NCBI GenBank assembly: GCA_030264375.1
Contig: JASCQW010000133.1
Span: forward strand, 34,354,076 to 34,418,075
Direction: 5' to 3'
DNA from: Carcharhinus longimanus
Lineage: Eukaryota
DNA length: 64,000 nucleotides
Shown here: positions 25,265 to 38,902 of the stretch, piece after piece
Numbering within the stretch: position 1 is the first letter of the stretch
How the letters are laid out: each line of letters opens with the position of its first letter
Translations under genes and position numbers: made by a program
Notes under the pieces: model-generated
What the model saw: the letters and a program-made list of their open reading frames with translations, nothing else
Databases searched by the model: none
Told to the model about the DNA's origin: nothing

Positions 25265-25995
25265 GGAGTCATACAGTTTTACAGCACAGAAAAAAGCCTT
25301 TCGGCCCATCATGTCAACAACCATCAAGCATCTATCTATTCTTCTCCCATTTTCCAGCACTTGGTCTGTAGCCTTGGATGCCATGGTGTTTGAAATGTTC
25401 ATCTAAATGCTTAAATGTTGTTAAGATTTCCTGCGTCTGCCACCCTTTCAGGCATTGAGTTCCAGATTGCCACCACCCTCTAAGTGAAAAAGTTTTTCCT
25501 CAAATTGCCTCTAAATGTCCTCCTAATGTCCCCAGGTTATTTACCTGTCTACTAAAGGGAAAGGTTCCTTCTTATCCACCCTATCTATGTCCTCAGTAGT
25601 TTTGTACACCTCAATCAGGTCTCCCCTCAGCCTTCTCTGCTTGGATGAAAACAATCCCACCCTAATCAGCCTCTCTTCATAGCTGAAACACTCCAGCCTG
25701 GACAACATCCTGTTTAATTTCCTCTGCACCCTTTCTAGTGCAATCACATTCGTCCTATAGTGTGGTGACTAGAACTGCATACAGTACTCTCTAGCTGTGG
25801 CCTAACAAGCATTTTATACAGCTCCATTATAACCTCCCTGCTTTTGTATTCTACACCTCAATTAACAAAGGCAAATATCCCATATGCAGCCTTACCTACC
25901 TCTCCTGTGCCTTTAGGGAAGTTTGGACATGTATCCCAAGATTCCTCTGGTCCTCTGTACTTTCTAATGTCCTGCCTTTCATTATTTATTCCATT
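25265..25995 (-). mobile_element. CR1 LINE 3' portion
   Basis: IALERVQRKLNRMLSRLECFSYEERLIRVGLFS...RLRGDLIEVYK; 3' end near 25265. Confidence 0.88.
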
Positions 25996-26097
25996 GTCAC
26001 CTATTTGAAATCTGAAGGCTATATTACTTGGAATACTTGTTCTTAAAATTTACAGTTGTCAACTATTCTAATCTTTTCATTTATTTTTATTGCCTAG

Positions 26098-26303
26098 TTC
26101 CTCTCTGTATAAGGCTCCTTGGGTTAGAGTGCTGGTATACGGACTCGGTCACAAGGTGCGGAGAAATGGACAACTTAACCTTACAGAAACTGTCTGTTAC
26201 CCAAAAGATGCATCACCAACCAATACTGGGTTGACTCCACCTCCCACCACAAATCAATACCCCTCTGTTGTCATCCCTACTGACAAGCTACATGTCAAGC
26301 TAG
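26098..26303 (+). CDS. HECTD4: HECTD4 window exon 13
   Basis: cctag|SSLYKAPWVRVLVYGLGHKVRRNG...IPTDKLHVKL G|gtatgt. Confidence 0.93.
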
Positions 26304-26964
26304 GTATGTCTAAGATTGGAATAACTGCAAACATAATTTCCAAAACACTCAAACTAATCAAATGTTAGAATGAAATATTAAGTTTTTTAAAAATATGCAT
26401 ATAATGGGCTAGATTTTGCAGTTAGCAAAGCAACGATGCTTTCCTTTCACCTTGGAGAAAGCTGCCCACAAAGATCTTAGGGATTGCTGTGGTGCGGACA
26501 AGCCTTTCCGGTGCCAGTTTAAATCTAACATCAAGTCGAGGGATCTTCAGATATCTGTCAGCAGTAATGTCATCAACTAGGGTAAGCAACCAACACGTTG
26601 AAATATTCTCACAAGCAGCAAACCAAGAAGGAAAAGCAGCTGAATCCCTTCACTTTTTACTTTAAATTTTTGCATATAATGACAGAGGTATGAAATTAAG
26701 ATAAAAGATAAAATGCCATAAAGTTTTAAAAATATATTTTTTAAAAATATGTAATCTCCAGTCATAATAGAAAAATATAACTTTCAACAAACCTAATTTT
26801 GCTTGATATCTAAAAACCCAGCTGCTGCATCTCATTCAACAACCTTTTAAGGATTTTTATAGAGAAACTAAGAGCATAAAATAAGTTGTCCTCGGTTCAT
26901 AAATTTTTAATTGAGTGCATTCTAGAAGGGCCTCAACAGTGCACCCTCTGGAGAAGCATAGAAC

Positions 26965-27073
26965 GATGTGGAGATGCCAGCGTTGGACTGGGGTAAATAC
27001 AATAAGAAGTCTCATAACACCAGGTTAAAGCCCAACTTTTTGGTCTTTAACCTGCTGTTGTGAGACTTCTTAT
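26965..27073. mobile_element. 109-bp Penelope-like mini fold-back insertion with perfect 12-bp TSD
   Basis: TSD gaagcatagaac at 26953-26964 and 27074-27085; 34-bp inverted arms 27002-27035 / 27040-27073 with 3 mismatches. Confidence 0.85.
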
Positions 27074-27616
27074 GAAGCATAGAACCCCAGAGTATCTTCT
27101 GCATTCCCATGTTTAACTGGAGTTAATCGACAGAATGGCCAATATTGTCACAAAATCCAGGTCAATAAAACTTGATCTTAAAAAAGCAGTGCTTCTCAAT
27201 TTTTTTTTCTAATTTTCTCTCCCGGTAATTGTTGAGTTTCAGAAGCTGTTTCGTTGTTGTTGGCAGCCCTGCTTCAGACTGAGAGGAGCAGAAACTCCTA
27301 AGTTTTGTTCCCCACATCCTCGCCCAAAGGTTTTGTAGTCAGTTGTGGTGTTTTACTTACCACTTAGTTATGATAAGCTTTGCTCAATTCGGGAATTAAA
27401 CCAAGAATATCTGGTGTGTAACTTCATGATGCACCACATGGTGTCTTTTCAGTTGGCTTCAGCACATGATCACTAATACCATTGACTGAAATAAGGTTCG
27501 TTTAGACCCTTTTTCTACTTTTCTGTGTAGCTCTGTTCTCCAGTGGTTATTTGTTTTTGTTCTTTCCACATGATTTTCTTAGGTTAAAAATATATAATTA
27601 ACCTTCCTCTTCCCAG

Positions 27617-27796
27617 GTGTTTCCCCGCCACCTGGTGCGGTGCTGGTGTTAAACTCATTGCCTCTGGAATTTCCTCTAGCAATGGCATTTGCAGAACAAT
27701 TGCTAACATGGAAACTGGGAGAAAGTGACGGGAAATCTGAGGATGAACTTGATGCCATTCCTGCATCAGTCCTCCTGCAAGTTGTTGAACTGTTTG
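27617..27796 (+). CDS. HECTD4: HECTD4 window exon 14
   Basis: cccag|VSPPPGAVLVLNSLPLEFPLAMAFAEQLLTW...VLLQVVELF G|gtaaga. Confidence 0.93.
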
Positions 27797-27873
27797 GTAA
27801 GACAAGTTGCCAGTAACTGATTTGAACAGTGTGTATTTTGTACATTTTTATTCATAAATGGAATTTTTCCGAT

Positions 27874-28730
27874 GTTATGACCAGGTGAGAAGGGGTGAAC
27901 TGGTCCCCCATCTTAGTTGGTCACAATAAAGATTTAAGTATTTTTAACAAGATGCAGCCCTCTCTAAATCAGAACGTATTTAACTATTTTCTCTGTGGGC
28001 AATAAAGAGACAATCTAACAAGGTTTTCTTGAATCAAAGAAAAATAAAATTTATTAACTCCTAAATTTGAGAAAAATAGTAAAAATGTGAAATCAAGCAT
28101 TTGGCCGTCATGATACATGAAGCCATTAAAGAAGATACATACAGTCATAACCTTTGATTATGCTTGAAGCATGGATTTAAAGCAGCGCATCCAATTCCGG
28201 TTAGATGGTTTCTTAGATACAGTCAGATGTAGAACATGTTGCAATTATTAAGTGATTTTGGTCCTCTGGTAGAGTTTGCTTCTCCAACTGGGTAACATGC
28301 TTATTCCAAAAGACAGAGGGAGAGGGAGCAGCCTTCAGTTTGTTTCCCCTACTGAAGACTTTCTTGACACTGCCGATGTCAGTTATAATCTCTTCCTAGT
28401 GATTAGCAGCCTTGCCTTGAAATACTTTGTCCATTGCGTATTCCCAAGAGGTTTTGGGTGGGTCTGTCTCTGGCAACCATTGTTTCCTTATCCAGTATTT
28501 TGCATTTTTCCTGCCTTCCTGAGACAGTTACAAATTTCAATGGGTCTCCAGATTAGAGGAAATATCTCTCTTTTTTTCACACTGTCCTGAGGGTGATTCA
28601 TTGATCCCTCAATTACAACCTGGAATGTGGCCTGGCATTTTTAAGCAGTTTCTTTGTTCAAATTGCAAACATTCCATTCAGTAGAAAATTTTAATCATAT
28701 TTTAAACAATAAAGGGTCATAGCTCATAAT
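27874..28730. mobile_element. possible decayed LTR-like element
   Basis: Starts tgttatgacc, with ggtcatagctcataa near 28715-28729; no coding remnants recognised. Confidence 0.3.
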
Positions 28731-29204
28731 ATTATCCAGAGTGTAAGCTAGAGTGAATAAATTTGAACTTGATACCCAGAAGAAATGGCAATTTGTCACT
28801 GCCATATAATGCACAGGAACTGTTTGATCTGATTGGTATACTGTTACTGTTTGTGATACCTATTGTGTAACTGAATGTGTTGCAATTTAAGATCCACCCT
28901 CCAAATTTTCTCCCCTTCTGAAGACATTGAACCTTGTATGATTCCTGAGGCTCTGCTAACATCCAAATGAAGCAAGCTAATCTGTTATGGGAGGATCAAA
29001 GCTAAACTCTCAATCTGGCTGTGCATATTTTAGCTGGCCTCATGGATTAGTGGTCAAGCACAGTAACCCTTACTGATTTGTTATTTTTTTCCCCCTTCAT
29101 GTGCAATGTATAAATTCTATGTGGATCTGCCTTAAGCAAATGTTGTTAACTGGAATGTACTTTAATGCCTTTTTTCTGCATCTGATTATTCTCCCAATTT
29201 ATAG

Positions 29205-30496
29205 CCAATCTCTTGTGGACAACAGATCTGTCCCCCAGCATAAAAGAGATGATATTCCATCTATTAGCTGAGTTGCTGCGCAAAATCCATCAGCTGGAAC
29301 AGAAGAAGAATCCTGCTGGCCTATCTTCATCCATTGCCATCCAGTTAAACCCATGCCTGGCTGTTCTGATGGCAATACAATCTGAACTCCGAAAACTGTA
29401 TGATGAAGAAACACAAAACTGGATGACTGGGAATAGCTCTGGTATTGGAATTGGAGTGACTGACCAGGGCCGTTTCTCCACCTACTTCCATGCCCTGATG
29501 GAGATTTGTCTTGCAGTTGCGGAGGTAACACTGCCCATCAATATGAGCACAGTGGTCAATGTGATGACTTCCACAAGTGCACCCAGCCTCAGCGATTCCT
29601 CTTCCTCCTCTTCCTCGTCACCAGGACAGACACCACAGAGCCCAAGCTTGCTCTCCAAGCGAAAGAAAGTTAAAATGAAACGGGAGAAGACATCAGCAAC
29701 AGGGAAGCGGCTCACCTCACGCGGCAGTGAGAGTGACACATCAATACTGAATATTGGTGGAAGTAAACCAGAGGATATGCTATGGTTCCATAGGGCCCTG
29801 ACTTTACTCATGATCCTCCGTCACCTAACCAACAAGGACCCCCAAGGCCTCGGAGTGACAAATGATGCCATCTCAGATGCCTGCCAGGCTTTAGTTGGCT
29901 CCAGCTCCCACAGCAGGTTGTTGGTAATATCAGGAATACCGACGCATCTCGAGGAATGCGTTGTCCGAAGTGCCATTCGCAGGGCATGCAGTGCACATGG
30001 TGGAGTCTTTAAAGATGAAATTTACCTCCCACTACAAGATGACGACCCCAAGAAGCTGAAAGTGAAAGTTGATAGCAAGCTGGAGCTGGCCAAGTCAACA
30101 ACAGTCAACAGCATGGACAGTATGGATATAAGCAGTGGCAGCAGTGTGACACCAGCTATGAGTATGAGTGCTTCTGCCTCTACCAGTCAGACCTCAATTT
30201 GCAGCTCACAATGTGTTTCTCGAACAACAAGTGACCTTTCAGTAGACCAGTTTCAAGCAAGCCATGACATTGCTACACCACAGGGAATGATTGATCCACA
30301 CACTGTATCTAGTCAAGAGAGCCTGGACCTGTCCCTATGCAGCACAGGGAGTTTGGGGAGCCTTGGTAGCCTAGGAGAACCAATGGACAGTGCAGACTCT
30401 GCTTCTATCTCTGATGTAGGATCCATGTATACAGTCACATCACTGGACAACAATCCGCTTGTTACGCGACCCATCAAAGGTTATGCTATTGTTGAG
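29205..30496 (+). CDS. HECTD4: HECTD4 window exon 15 (large 1292-nt exon, Ser-rich, basic KRKKVKMKREK motif)
   Basis: ttatag acceptor; contains the 441-aa ORF from the track; donor GAG|gtaaga; phases fit both neighbours. Confidence 0.95.
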
Positions 30497-31124
30497 GTAA
30501 GATTAGGGTTTACCAGTCGGGCTTTAGTCTGTCTTTAAAAAATGTGAAGGATGTGGGATTATAATTTAAAGCCTGGTCTTAATTCTCTTTCATTTCTGTA
30601 GAATTCATGTTATTCCCTTGTTAGGCCTTGCTGTGAAACATTCAAGTGTTTTTGCATTAGCAGTTATCAGTATAATTTCAGTTTTAAATCTCCGTTGTAT
30701 TATTTTTCTTAAAGGAGGCTATTCAAGAGATATATAGTACTATTTGAAGTTAACCTCTGGGTCATGGAGTCTGTTCTTGCTTATTCTATTTGGTTTACAC
30801 CATTATTCAGTACAGTTTTAATTTTCGAATTCAATCAACCAGACTTTTTAAAGCAACAAGTTTAATTATTTGTTACTTTATTAGATTGAATGAGACTTTG
30901 TTTAATTTTACCTCCCTTGAATGTAACAAAATTCAAGATGAGTCTTGTTTATGTTTACAGAAAAGGAATCTGGAAAAATATTGGAGTTATTTGGACCAGC
31001 AGCATTTAAGATTACTAATCATTAACAGTTAACATTATTTCAGAGGAAACAGACAAAAACCCTGCCAAATACTGATGTCAAGTATTTAAATTTTTTGCAA
31101 TTCAAACCAAAATCTAAAAATAGA

Positions 31125-31272
31125 AAAGCAAAATGCTAGAGATGCAGAAACTCTGAAACAAAAATGGGAAATACAGTGAATACTCCCCAGCTCTCCAGAT
31201 ATGTGTGGAGAGAAAACAGAATTAATGTTTCAAATCGATTGATCAGCGTTCTGATGAAGGATCACAGATTTG
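31125..31272. mobile_element. degenerate Penelope-derived repeat (same type as 57500-57710)
   Basis: aaagcaaaatgc...tgtggagagaaaacagaattaatgtttc...ttctgatgaagg; GAAA box missing. Confidence 0.45.
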
Positions 31273-31854
31273 GGCAGGATAATCTTTGGAATCCTGATGT
31301 CAGAACCAAATGATCTCCTCAGTGGCCACCTTCAGGCTTGCTATGCAATTAATGGTGTGAGGTAGGATGTGGATATTGCCAGCCCACTCAGAGGACCCAT
31401 GTCTCTGAAACCACAACATCTCCATGAGAGGTGCGTGTTGTTGAGGCAGGTCATGGAGTGAGAGAATGCCTCAAGTGCCCACGGAGAAGTAATTTTAACA
31501 AAAAAAGTTTCAAATCAGAGTGGCATAGCAGATGGGCCTCTCCAGATTGCCATTTGATCAGTGAGGGTGGCCTTCCCTGCCTGCAACCCAATATTTGGGA
31601 TATGGAGGCTCTAGCTCAGTGACCACCCACCAGAAAATGATTGGAATTAGGGCTATTAATTAAATTGGCTGTCCACCTTTGCTCAGCCATAATTGACCTA
31701 CATCAGGCCCATTTCTGCCAAACATCCTCTAGTTAGCAAGAATGCATCAGAGAGACACTTTGACGTGGCTTCCAGCCATTCTCCAAAATTCCCAGGAATA
31801 GAATTCAAAAAAATTTCTTTTGGGTCTCAAGGTGACTTTTTTTCTCTTCTGTAG

Positions 31855-32062
31855 GTGAGAGCGAGAGCAAAGATTGAAAAAATCCGTGCCAGTCTATTCA
31901 ACAGCAGTGATTTGATTGGATTATCCAGTCTGGATGGTGAAGACGAATTGATGGAGATGTCGACAGAGGAGATTCTGACCGTCTCATCCGTAAACCAGAG
32001 CTTGTTTGACACACAAGGCAGTTCAGCATTGGAAGATTATTTCACTGATAAGCTGATTAAAG
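31855..32062 (+). CDS. HECTD4: HECTD4 window exon 16
   Basis: ctgtag|VRARAKIEKIRASLFNSSDLIGLSSLDGEDELMEM...FTDKLIK G|gtgagc. Confidence 0.93.
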
Positions 32063-34366
32063 GTGAGCAAAAGGACCAGTTTTCTGTGACTCATAAATTG
32101 AAGCTGCCCATTTCACAAAATTAATCCGAAATCTTCCACATTGCTGTGCTAAATCGACACAAATTGGGCTTGTGATGATTTATGTGCACAGTTCCCATTT
32201 TTGGCTGCACTGTTGTAGTGCAGTGCTGGAGAAAGTGGAGCTTCTTAGTGGGGAAACAGACCATCCCCTATTTCCATCTTCACTGGGAGGAAAATATATT
32301 CAGCAATTACTTACTCCAGGTCACTATTCCACATTTCCAACCTATACCACAAGATTGATGAGTTGAAAATTGGTGATTCGTGAATTAGCTGTTAGTATAA
32401 TGTGGGTTTGAAGAAAGCCAAGATGTATTACTTCCTTGATTGTATTTTTTTAAAATCCAGTTAAAACAGGAATATTGGACATAGACATTTGGTCATTCAG
32501 CACCTAAAAGAAAGATGCATTTCCAACTTAATACAGATGAGGGGTAGCAGCCAGTGATCATGACCATTCTCTCCTCAAAAATAACCTGTCTTGAAGCTTC
32601 CAAATTCGTATTCTTCTTTCTTGCATTTGTGGCATAAAAGTTTGTAACAATGACTAATTATTTCACAACGTATGCATGTGTGTGCGCAACATTGACCTTT
32701 TAAGGTTTAAAGTTTATTTATTTGTGCCACAAGTGGGCTTACATTAACTCTGCAATGAGGTTACTGTGAAAATCCCCATTCTTCTTGAATGATGGTTTAT
32801 CATGAGCATCAGCCCTCCCTTTTAAAAATCAAGTAGTTGTCCAGTTTATCCATGGCAAAGTTCTTTCCGATGAGGTTTGCCTGTTACCATGTAACGGGTA
32901 GAGGTACTGCAACTCGTTAATGTCCAATCTCACTCTTGTGTCTTGCATAGCATGACTGGCTGAAGGTTCTTCTGAATTTTTACTAACACACTTCAACTAA
33001 TACCACCAAAAACAGAATTGGTCATTAATCTCAGGGATATTTGAGTGATGGTCCAACCATTAAAGAGTTGCTGCGTTTGTTTATGTGGCAAAGTATTGAG
33101 TTCCAAATGCAGTTCAATATATAAAGCACTTTGAAACATGAAAAATGAACACACATTTATTACAGTCACAAGTCAAATATTATGGCACTGAAGAGTTAGG
33201 ACAGAACTTTAAGTTCATTCAGCCTTGGTGAGCATTGGCACCTCTTTCATTGCACCCCTCCTGGTCCAAAGTGCTCCCTTTCCATTTGGCCTTACCATCA
33301 AGACCCCTGGGCCTTCCCTACTGTTTCTGCCATAGACTGCCATGCTTACCTTCATCCTGGTGTAAGACTTCAAATCTGGAGATTACTTGCAGTCCTAGCA
33401 GTGATCACCAGTCATTTAATGTGGCTGAGGCAATTGACATTAGCAGGGATGTGTTTCCCACCAACATTTCCAATGGCGATGCGGGGAACCCCATCATCCA
33501 TAAAATTCTGCCCTAGTGTCATTTCAGTGTAGTAGATGAATGTGTGGTGGTATAGCTTCAAAATGCACACACTTTTTCTTCAACTGGAGACCATTGGTGC
33601 AAATGAACCTCTGTGTGCTTAGGATGAGTAACGGACTGTTAGACACACAAGTACTAGCGATGGAATATCAATCCTGAAGTAATCTTTGGGCTTGTGTATT
33701 TGTACGTAATTTAAATAATGGGTGGTAAAGGACAGTGTTTATGCCTGCATTTGGGGTCTAGATGGGGTTTCGTTTGGGTTTGTCTATTACCCTAAGAATG
33801 TTTTCAGTAATTGTTATTCATTCATTGAAAAGCAATCTTATACATCTTTCTATAAATAAACATCTCGGTACTCTCCACAGTTACATTTGTTTCCCATCAG
33901 ATCTCAGTTACTTAATCATGTCATGTTGCATCAAAATTATGTCAGTATCAGGTGCTCCTGATAACCCTTTACTCTACTAACAGATTATCAAGAAAATGAA
34001 ATATATTTTGATAAATATTGTCGCTATATAAAGTTGACCCAGACATTGAAATAGGATATAAAACAATGAAGAATTAGTGAACATATTATCTGACCATCAT
34101 AATCTTCTGGGTGCAGGCTGATACTTTGTTACTGGTGCAAGTGCTGCCAAATCATGTATCATGTTGCCACTTTCCAAACAAAGCTATATTATAGAATTTT
34201 TGTTCTTTTTCATAAGTTTGTAGCTTCCCAGAGGCATGGGCTAATGTAGTTTAGTGCTAATTTTAGCTGAATACATTGAGCGTAACAGTTACACGCTCTT
34301 ATGCAGTTAGGGAAAATCAGGGACATGAAAAGTGAAAGTGGAGGCACTCAGAATCATCATTATCCG

Positions 34367-35231
34367 TGTGATTACACTGTGCCTCTAAGAAATGTATTTA
34401 TATCATGTTTCTTGTGTGCAGTTTTAAATTCAGCTGTGGTTTACACACGCAACAAGCAGCTCACATGCTGAGAATACAAGCTAATGATTGATTTTAGCTA
34501 GGGGAATGTTTATTTTAATTGGACTGAATATATTCTTGTTTATTTTGCTTTTCACCCTGGGGTTTCAGATTGGGTTTATGATTAGATTGATGTAGTCGCG
34601 TGCTTGAGGGGAGAGGTTAAGCTTACAGGGAAAAGCAGTTTCAGCTTGCATCTGAAAGAAGTAAGAGCTGTCTGTGGTGTTTGTTGCTTGGGACCTGTTA
34701 GAAACAATATGTCTTTCTCTTTGTATCTCTCTCCAGAAGCGGTCTGAAGGCTCGAGAACTAGCAATCCAAGCATGTAATCCTGTGTGTTGTTAACTGATT
34801 TGTAAGAGGTGTTTAAGTNNNNNNNNNNNNNNNNNNNNNNNNNNNNNNNNNNNNNNNNNNNNNNNNNNNNNNNNNNNNNNNNNNNNNNNNNNNNNNNNNN
34901 NNNNNNNNNNNNNNNNNNCTGATTTTTAAGAGGTGTTTAAGTATGTAAAAGGAATATTGCTTGAATTGGAACTAATAGAGATGGGTTAGCAGTTAAGAAC
35001 TGAATCCTGCCATGTTTAAGTATTGTTCAGTTGGTAAATGTTAAATGAATTCACTTTTTTAAGGTAAGCTGTAATGTTAAATAAAGTCTGTTTTGATAAA
35101 AGCTTCAGTGTATTAATAGAATCACACCTGGAGTGAAACACCTTATCCTCATACTAACGCCAAAATTCAAACTGTTGGGGTCCAGTCAGACTTCATAACA
35201 AAGTTTAGGTTTCTGTTCTGGTACCCTAACA
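34367..35231 (-). mobile_element. LTR-like element related to 6502-7208, opposite orientation
   Basis: Reverse complement starts tgttagggtaccagaacag...gaagtctgactggaccccaac...gaggataaggtgtttcactccagg; left boundary uncertain. Confidence 0.5.
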
Positions 35232-36039
35232 CGCATCACAAGATTTTTCCAGAAATGGTTGTTATGTTGTATGTGTGTATGTATATGTTTAATAAATATA
35301 TAGTGTAATAATCTATCTTGTACATGGCATTCCAAATACAAACAATTAACATTTTGCAGTGGATTCACAATATTAACAGCAATACCGTATGCTTGACTAT
35401 GTTTAGATTTATGATCAGTTTAAAGCTGTGGATCTGTAGTAACACAATGTTTGAACAAGATGAAACCATATTGTCAGCTTGTATGAAGATTGAAGGAGCT
35501 TTTGAAGGTGGATGTTCCATCTGTTTTTTGCTGTCAGTGCCTTGTTACAAAGTCCCTCTGTGACCCATCTCAATGCCTCCATTCATTGTAATTGTGCAAT
35601 TATTTACATATTAGCTAAAACCCCACCTCACCATCTGCCCCAGAGTATTGTTTGTTAAATCTCTCTTAGTTTCGTTGCCCTGTTTGCCCTCCCAGGTGAA
35701 TGTAAAAGATCCATGACGTTTTTGTTAAAGAAGAGCAGGGAAATTCTCCTAATGTCTTGGTCTACACTTGTTCCTAGATGACAGCACAAACAGATTACCT
35801 GGTTCTTTATTTTCTTGCTGTATGCTGGGTTTCCTACATTATAACTGTGACTACAAATGTACTTAATTAGCTGAAAAGTGTTTTGTGACATTCTGAGATC
35901 ATGAAAGGTGCTATATAATTTCAAGTCCTTTTATTTATCTTTAATGTTTTGAGTGACTTGTATTTTAAAAAGCGTATCAATAAATAAACCCCTTCAGTAT
36001 TTCAATGTAAGAATGTTTGTTGTGCTCCTTCTTACATAG

Positions 36040-36263
36040 GTGATAAGGTAGTTCCTGGAGCACGGGACATTCTTGCAGAGATATTCCGAAGCTGTATACA
36101 TTCTGAGCAGGTGCTGAGTCTGGCTCCAGCCAAGCCTATTAAAGTTTCTGACATCTTCCTCAGTAAAGAACAGATCAACTCTCAGACACCAGGAAACTTG
36201 TTGCAAATATTTTTCACCAATGTCCGGCCACCAAAGAAAGTTCTGGAGGATCAACTCACACAG
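36040..36263 (+). CDS. HECTD4: HECTD4 window exon 17
   Basis: catag|DKVVPGARDILAEIFRSC...KKVLEDQLTQ|gtatac. Confidence 0.92.
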
Positions 36264-36897
36264 GTATACATACTTCAGATAAGGTTTTGGTTGGTTTCAT
36301 TTGTATTTGGTAAGTCAAGGTCAGTCATTATGTATAATGTAGCTTTGGTAGCCAGTGATGAGGTTTGCCTATTGCCAGTATTAGATAATTACCAAAAGCT
36401 GTTAATGTCCAATCTCAGCCTTGTCACTTAAAAATCTTTTTCTGAACAACCTTTAATTAATTCTATCAAAGACAACAACACGTCATTAGTCTCATTAATA
36501 TTTGAATCGTGTTATTCTTGCTAAGTGGCAACACATGACCTTTCTTAGAGTGACAGCATACTGGCAATTAGGCAGGAGATTGCGGCCTCATGAACATGTA
36601 AGTGTTTCCTTGGCCACTGGTTTGGGACAATAGTAGGTTCTTGCTTAAGAAACATACAGCAATACGTTTAACGCTGAAAATATTTGTTGGTCATATCAAC
36701 ACTTATTAATCAACTATTCGAGGGACTTTATCATGCTTGTTTTTTTTTATTCTTACAAGTAACTATGTTGTGATATCAAATGTGTTTCTGAAACGTTATC
36801 TTTTCTGTCACATGCAAATCTATCCATTGTGTTATGTGCACATTGCTTTGTACCATATGTAATTAAACCATTTCTGCTCTTTGTTTAAAATTGCAAG

Positions 36898-37049
36898 ATA
36901 CTACGAAAGTACGGCATACCCAAACCGAAATTCGACAAGAGCAAGTACAGTAAAGGAGGAAAGGAGCAACACCCTGGGAAAGTAGTTAGCACAAAAAGAC
37001 CAATTGCCAAACCTCCAGGCAAAGACAGGTCCGTGCTGAACAGCGTCAG
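36898..37049 (+). CDS. HECTD4: HECTD4 window exon 18
   Basis: gcaag|ILRKYGIPKPKFDKSKYSK...SVLNSV AG|gttcgt; less common AAG acceptor, phases fit. Confidence 0.88.
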
Positions 37050-38902
37050 GTTCGTTGTGTTTTTTGGGGTTCTCCCCTCTTCAATCAGGATTTTAGGTAG
37101 CTCAAAACATCACTTAAGGTGAGAGGGAAATGAACCTTGTACTCTGGCGCAAAGTTAAAAATCAACTTGTTGTACAGTCTCGTGGATTTACCACACCAAT
37201 GCATATATCAGCCACAGAATTTACACAAGACACTGATCTCGCTCATCATTACACTCATTGGTGCATAAATTACATCTTTTAGTTTGTACTTCACATCAAG
37301 TGTACAGCCATCCTCTGATTTTTGTCAAGGAGCCCTGGTTTAAAATAGCACAATGCTGCAAACAGCTCCATGTACTTAAACAGTTATGCACTGAATGTAT
37401 TTGGGTGGAAATGCAATCATATGAAAAGAGTGTAAATAATTAGTCCTCATCAGTGCTTATTCTACACATTTTGTCATTGCAGTCTCATTCACTTTATCTC
37501 TAGTTGTTGTTGATGCCAACTTCTGGGCAAGAAACAACATAATGAAAAATATGAATAATGTCAGGAAAAATCTCTGGGATTTTCCTCCTTGTCTGCATGA
37601 GGCTGTTCATTATGGCCTTGTATTCCCTCTAGATGAGTACCTTAACATATAACAAGAACTTCTCTTGCAGATGCATTGTTCATCTTCAGAATCTTCCTAT
37701 TAGAAATCCTTGTTGAACCATAAAATCCCTTTAGTGCAGTAAGAGGCCCTCTGGCCATCAGGTTTGCAGTGATTCTCCAAAAAAGCATCCAATCCAGACC
37801 TTCTCTTCTGCCCTGTCTCCATACCCTGCACACTTATCATGGTGAATCCATCTAACCTACGCTTTTAGAAATTGAGATGTTTCAAAAATAAGCTTTTAAC
37901 TTTTTTTCGTCTTTTAATTCGTGAGTGATAGTCACGTGGTTTTTTTCCAGTTCAGTTTGTTTTCCTAGCCTTCCTTTTATCAAATGCAGTGACTCTGGAA
38001 CACGCTCTCACATCTGCTGTCAGCCTTTTGTAGACTCGGCACAGGAATTTATTTTGCAGCAAGCTTAAAATATTTAGTCTCAAGACAGAACAACATATTG
38101 GGTATTAAAGAGAAATGGTTGTAAGCTGGTCATGATGAGTTTAAATATTCTGGGTTATAATATTTTAGGATGTGGAGAATGGAAGAGGAGGAAGGGAAGC
38201 CCTGTTGATTAAAAATAATGTTACAACATTAGTAACAGCACATAAAGGTAAAGGAAAGCTATCAACTCTGTGGGGACTCTATAATTAGAATTGAGTACTA
38301 AGAGAGGATGTAAAACTGTAATGGAAGTTGTCATTAGGACTCTTGGTATCAGTAATGAGATGACAAAATTTAATTTAGACGTTTTTGGAGAAGTTTGTAG
38401 ATAAAGCAAAACTGTTGTAAGGGGTCACTTCAATTAATTTCCATATGGACTGAGAAGGGCAGAGTAGCTCAAGTCAGAAATGTAATTAATTTCTTGAGTG
38501 CGTTCAAGCATTTCTGGAGGAATATGCTCTCAAACCAATAAGAGGACGGACCACAATAGGTTTGACAGTGAGTGCTGAATCAAACTTGGCTATTAACAAG
38601 AAAGGAACATTTATCTAGCAGTGATCACATGAGAGCTCAGTCTTGAGTTATCATAGATAAGATTCCAGATTTGATATTGTTATATTTAATGAGATGAGAA
38701 ACTGACAACAGTAAACTGGTCACAACTGTTTTTGAGTAAAACCAGAGACCGTAAGTGAAGCTTATTGCTGGTCTTTTTGGCTTAGTATCCCAATATCTGA
38801 ATCATCCAAAACTGATGATATCTGCTGTATTCTGGAGATCAAGTAAATAGTTTAAAATATAACAAAGTAAAATGATTACATACTTAACTATTTTTGGAGC
38901 AG

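Noticed and set aside
34795-34942. 24-bp direct repeat (ctgattt.taagaggtgtttaagt) on both sides of an N gap; likewise aggttg around the gap at 23241-23250
   Set aside because: Best explained as unmerged contig overlaps or a collapsed tandem unit; cannot be interpreted without reads.
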